From: the human T2T-CHM13v2.0 reference genome, Homo sapiens
DNA: 64,000 nucleotides
Assembly (NCBI RefSeq): GCF_009914755.1
Contig: NC_060925.1
Direction: 5' to 3' (one strand)
Part shown: in pieces, positions 60,575 through 64,000 of the stretch
Layout of the letters: every line of letters begins with the position of its first letter
Position numbering within the stretch: position 1 is the stretch's first letter
The notes under the pieces: generated by a model
Told to the model about the DNA's origin: nothing
The model's input: the letters and a program-made list of their open reading frames with translations, nothing else
Database searches by the model: none
Made by a program: the position numbers and the translations under genes

Positions 60575-61205
60575 AACATGTCCACACAAAAACCCACACA
60601 TGGGTGTCTGTAGCAGCTTAATTCGCAATTGCCACAACTTGGAAACAAGCAAGATGTCCTTCAGTAGGTGAATAAATAAACTGTGACACATCCAGACAGT
60701 GGCATAGTATTTAGCAATAAAAAAGAAATGAGCGATCATGAAAAGACATGGAGGAAACTTAAATGCACATTACTAAGTGAAAGAGGCTAATCTGGAAAGG
60801 CCACATACTGAATGATTCCACTATATGACATCCTGGGTGGGAAAGGCAAAACTATGGAGAAGACGGGAATAGGATCGGTGGTTACCAGTGGTTAGGAGGG
60901 AAGGAGGGGTGAATAGGAGGGACACAGAGGATTTTCAGGTCAGTGAAACTCCTGAAAATTGTCTAAACCCATAGAATGTACAACACCAAGAGCCAACCCT
61001 AATGTAAACTATGGACGTTGAGTAATAATGATGTGTCAATGTAGGTTCGTGGGTTTGTAAGAAATGGACCACTCTGGGTGCGGGATGTCAATAATGGGGG
61101 AGACTGGAAGGTAGTAGGGGGTATATGAGAAATTGCTGTATCTTCCTCTCAGTTTTGGTGTGGGCTTAAAACTGCTCTAAAAAACTAAAGTCTGCTAGAA
61201 AAAAA
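60575..61205 (+). mobile_element. L1MB/L1MC-type 3' end
   Basis: TCCACACAAAAACC...ACCCTAATGTAAACTATGG...AACTGCTCTAAAAAA. Confidence 0.75.
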
Positions 61206-61690
61206 AATCACACGGGATGGTATTCAAATTCACCATCCACTATTCAAAACCTTCAGTCCATGTTTCAGTAGTTGAAGTTTTTCAGATTTTAGGAAGGTAA
61301 AGTGGCCCATATAGTGTATATCCCATAACACCCCCAGGGGCTTCTGCAACAGCACCTTATAATCACACGTACATCTTCGTGTGGCAAATTTAGGAATATT
61401 CACACTATCAACTTTTTCTTCTGAGGATCTTAAACAGCCTGACGTCTGTCCCCATCAGGTTTTACTGCCAAGTGAGTAATAAAAATCTTTCCATTTTTCA
61501 AACTCACTAATTTCCTCAGAGGCTGTTCAAAGCATCCCCTGACCATGGTCTCATGCCCAGCCGAAATCTCAGATTGACAGTGATTGTAGTTGGTGAGTAA
61601 TTGCCTTGTCTAGGAGATAGGCACTTGCAACTCCAGGAAGACTTAGAATTTAGTGAAAAAATGTTTCAGAGAAACTGACCTGTGGAATTA

Positions 61691-61694
<4 letters not shown>

Positions 61695-61740
<46 letters not shown>
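61695..61740. repeat. (TG)23 microsatellite 3' of AGT
   Basis: Perfect 46-bp TG run about 1.3 kb past the AGT poly(A) site. Confidence 0.95.
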
Positions 61741-61743
<3 letters not shown>

Positions 61744-62019
61744 AGTAACTTGTAGAATGTTCGTATTTTGTATCCTTGTAATAGCTGAGAGATCTATCCT
61801 GACCTAACTTCCCATTTATAAGTGCACAGAAAACAGCGGGAGAACAGCGCTGGTTGGCAACTTTATACTCCTAGCGACTTCCAGAAGCCGAAGCCGCCTC
61901 TAAGTAGAAGAAATTGGTTTGTCGACTGCCTGCTGCCTTTTAAAATAAAGTCACAAACTTAAATGCTTTGTTTCCAGCACGTGGCTGTGCTGTCTCAGGT
62001 CTCTACGAGCAACTTCCAA

Positions 62020-62150
62020 GCCTGGACCTCCTGTAAAACTGCAGATTCTGACTCTGTAGGTCCAGGAGGGGCGTGAGAAGCCACATTCTAACAAGCTCCC
62101 AGGGCAGCTGCCGCCACTGCCGGTCTAAGCGCCACACTGAATAGCGAGAC
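62020..62150. mobile_element. MER5A-like fragment
   Basis: TGCAGATTCTGACTCTGTAGGTC...CATTCTAACAAGCTCCCAGG. Confidence 0.65.
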
Positions 62151-63079
62151 CTTAAGGCACTTCTGGTCTCTGTGCTTCCAGTTCTTCCGAGAAACTTGGC
62201 ATCTTGCAGCCGTTTCGGAGAGTCCATGTGTGCCAGCTCTACCCACTTTGAGAGCAGAACAAGCCAGGAAGCTCTGAGAGTGGGACTGGAAGGTAACTGA
62301 ATAAAACCGGTGACGGGGAGTTACGACGAAGCAACTAAGGGCACTGCTGTTGCCGACAGAATCCCTCACCTTGACATCGAGCTAGGGAGATGTGTTCAAA
62401 ACCAGGGGAAGACTCTCAGGAACATGAGGGGAGAAGCCGAGATTTGTAATCCCCGTGGCTGACTTCACTTTAGTTCTGAGCAATAGCTAACACATTGCGC
62501 GGCTTATTTATTTCAATATGTATGGAAGGGAGGAAGATCGAATGCCTTACACAAGTAGGTAGGACAGCATCACCATTGCTATCAGCCGACGGCCGTGGGC
62601 CTACTGGGTGCCTACTGCTTCCTTGGCTCTCCCCAAGATTCCGAACTGTGGGCCTAATCCCATCGAGGAGGAGCAGGCAGAGGCACTCAACAGATGGGGG
62701 AAAATTGCAAATATTTATTTGTGAAGATTTATTTCTCTACCTTCCACTCCCGGGGCACAATACCAGCAGCAGTCTGGCCCTGTGTCACCAGGACGGAAGA
62801 AGTCCCATCTGCCTGGTTCCTTTCCCAGGTGCCACATGGGGTATGGGGCCTTCCCTGTCACCCTCTTCCCGCCCCCTGTCCATCACACAGATGGCCACCA
62901 CTGCTTACCAATGGAAGTGTCCAGAGAAAAGCATCACCTAAAACTTCAAAGGACTGCTAAGTACTGGCTCAGACCTCCCATGGAAATTCCATCCAAAGTC
63001 CAGGAAAGCACTTTCGTTTGCACAGTCTATCTGCTGAATTGTATACATCTGTTTGGCTGCTAAATGAAAGATAAAATTT

Positions 63080-63694
63080 TTGGAGGCTTATTGTGGCAAG
63101 ACGTTTATTACTAACACAAGGGAGAAATAACCAGCTATGGTTCCGCATTCAAACAGAAATTCAGGTGCTTGCATCTTTCACGTATTGTTCAAAAATCACA
63201 AGCATCTGTGGAAAAAACTAAGGTATTACAGACACTACACGGAGGTCATGTTCTTACATTCAAGACACTAAATACAAACCGAAGGCAATGCAAAAATGTA
63301 TACTTTAATTTTAAAACCCAATTTTTGTTCTCAACTTGAAAAGGGAACACTTTTTTGTTTCACAAACAAGCTGGTCGGTTGGAATTCTTTTTGGAACAGT
63401 AGTCCCGCGCTAAACACTGGTTCTTGCCTCCCCACCCCCATTCTCTAAAATAAACCCAGCAAACTGGGAGGTGCATTTGTGCCGCTGCAGGCTTCTACTG
63501 CTCACTCCATGCAGCACACTTAGACCAAGGAGAAACGGCTGCTTTCCAGCTCAAAGTCGACTCATTAGAAGAAAAGGTGGGAGACTGGGGGTGACACATC
63601 GCTGATTTGTCCGGGGTTGTTATCTGCTGCTGGCCTTTGCCTCAAAGGCCAGGGGCAGAGGCCTTGCCAGGCACTGTGTTCTGGGGCCCTGGCC
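63080..63694 (-). terminator. AGT: AGT 3' UTR with poly(A) signals
   Basis: Minus-strand ATTAAA (tttaat 63304-63309) and AATAAA (tttatt 63104-63109). The latter is followed by ...CAATAAGCCTCC, matching the remembered AGT mRNA end. Confidence 0.8.
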
Positions 63695-63946
<252 letters not shown>

Positions 63947-64000
63947 CTAGAGGGCCGGGGTGGGCTCAGGACCTCTGTGCTGTGCACTGTCCTGGAGGGG

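Overview
Human (or very close hominid) genomic DNA, recognisable as the COG2-AGT locus (1q42). The + strand carries the complete COG2 gene (conserved oligomeric Golgi complex subunit 2). It has a CpG-island promoter at about 2.5-3.4 kb and 18 GT-AG coding exons from ATG 3108 to TAG 53939, which splice in frame to 738 codons. Its poly(A) signals lie at 54.3-54.5 kb. The - strand at the right end carries the last coding exon and 3' UTR of AGT (angiotensinogen), convergent with COG2, plus a (TG)23 microsatellite. Introns and the intergenic gap are filled with Alu, L1 (including a ~4.8-kb L1PA truncated at both ends), L2, MIR, MaLR LTRs and hAT/Tigger MITEs. The most notable unexplained signal lies just downstream of the COG2 poly(A) site (~54.9-55.9 kb, + strand). 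It is a decayed apolipoprotein A-IV-like coding remnant behind a proper splice acceptor, with weaker candidate upstream exons, so it may be a fossil of a lost apoA-I/A-IV-family paralogue. Two intronic clusters of serial fold-back palindromes (14.03-14.17 kb and 52.65-52.73 kb) look like template-switch repair scars. An in-frame uORF precedes the COG2 ATG. Gene, repeat-family and homologue identifications come from memory of known sequences, not from database searches.
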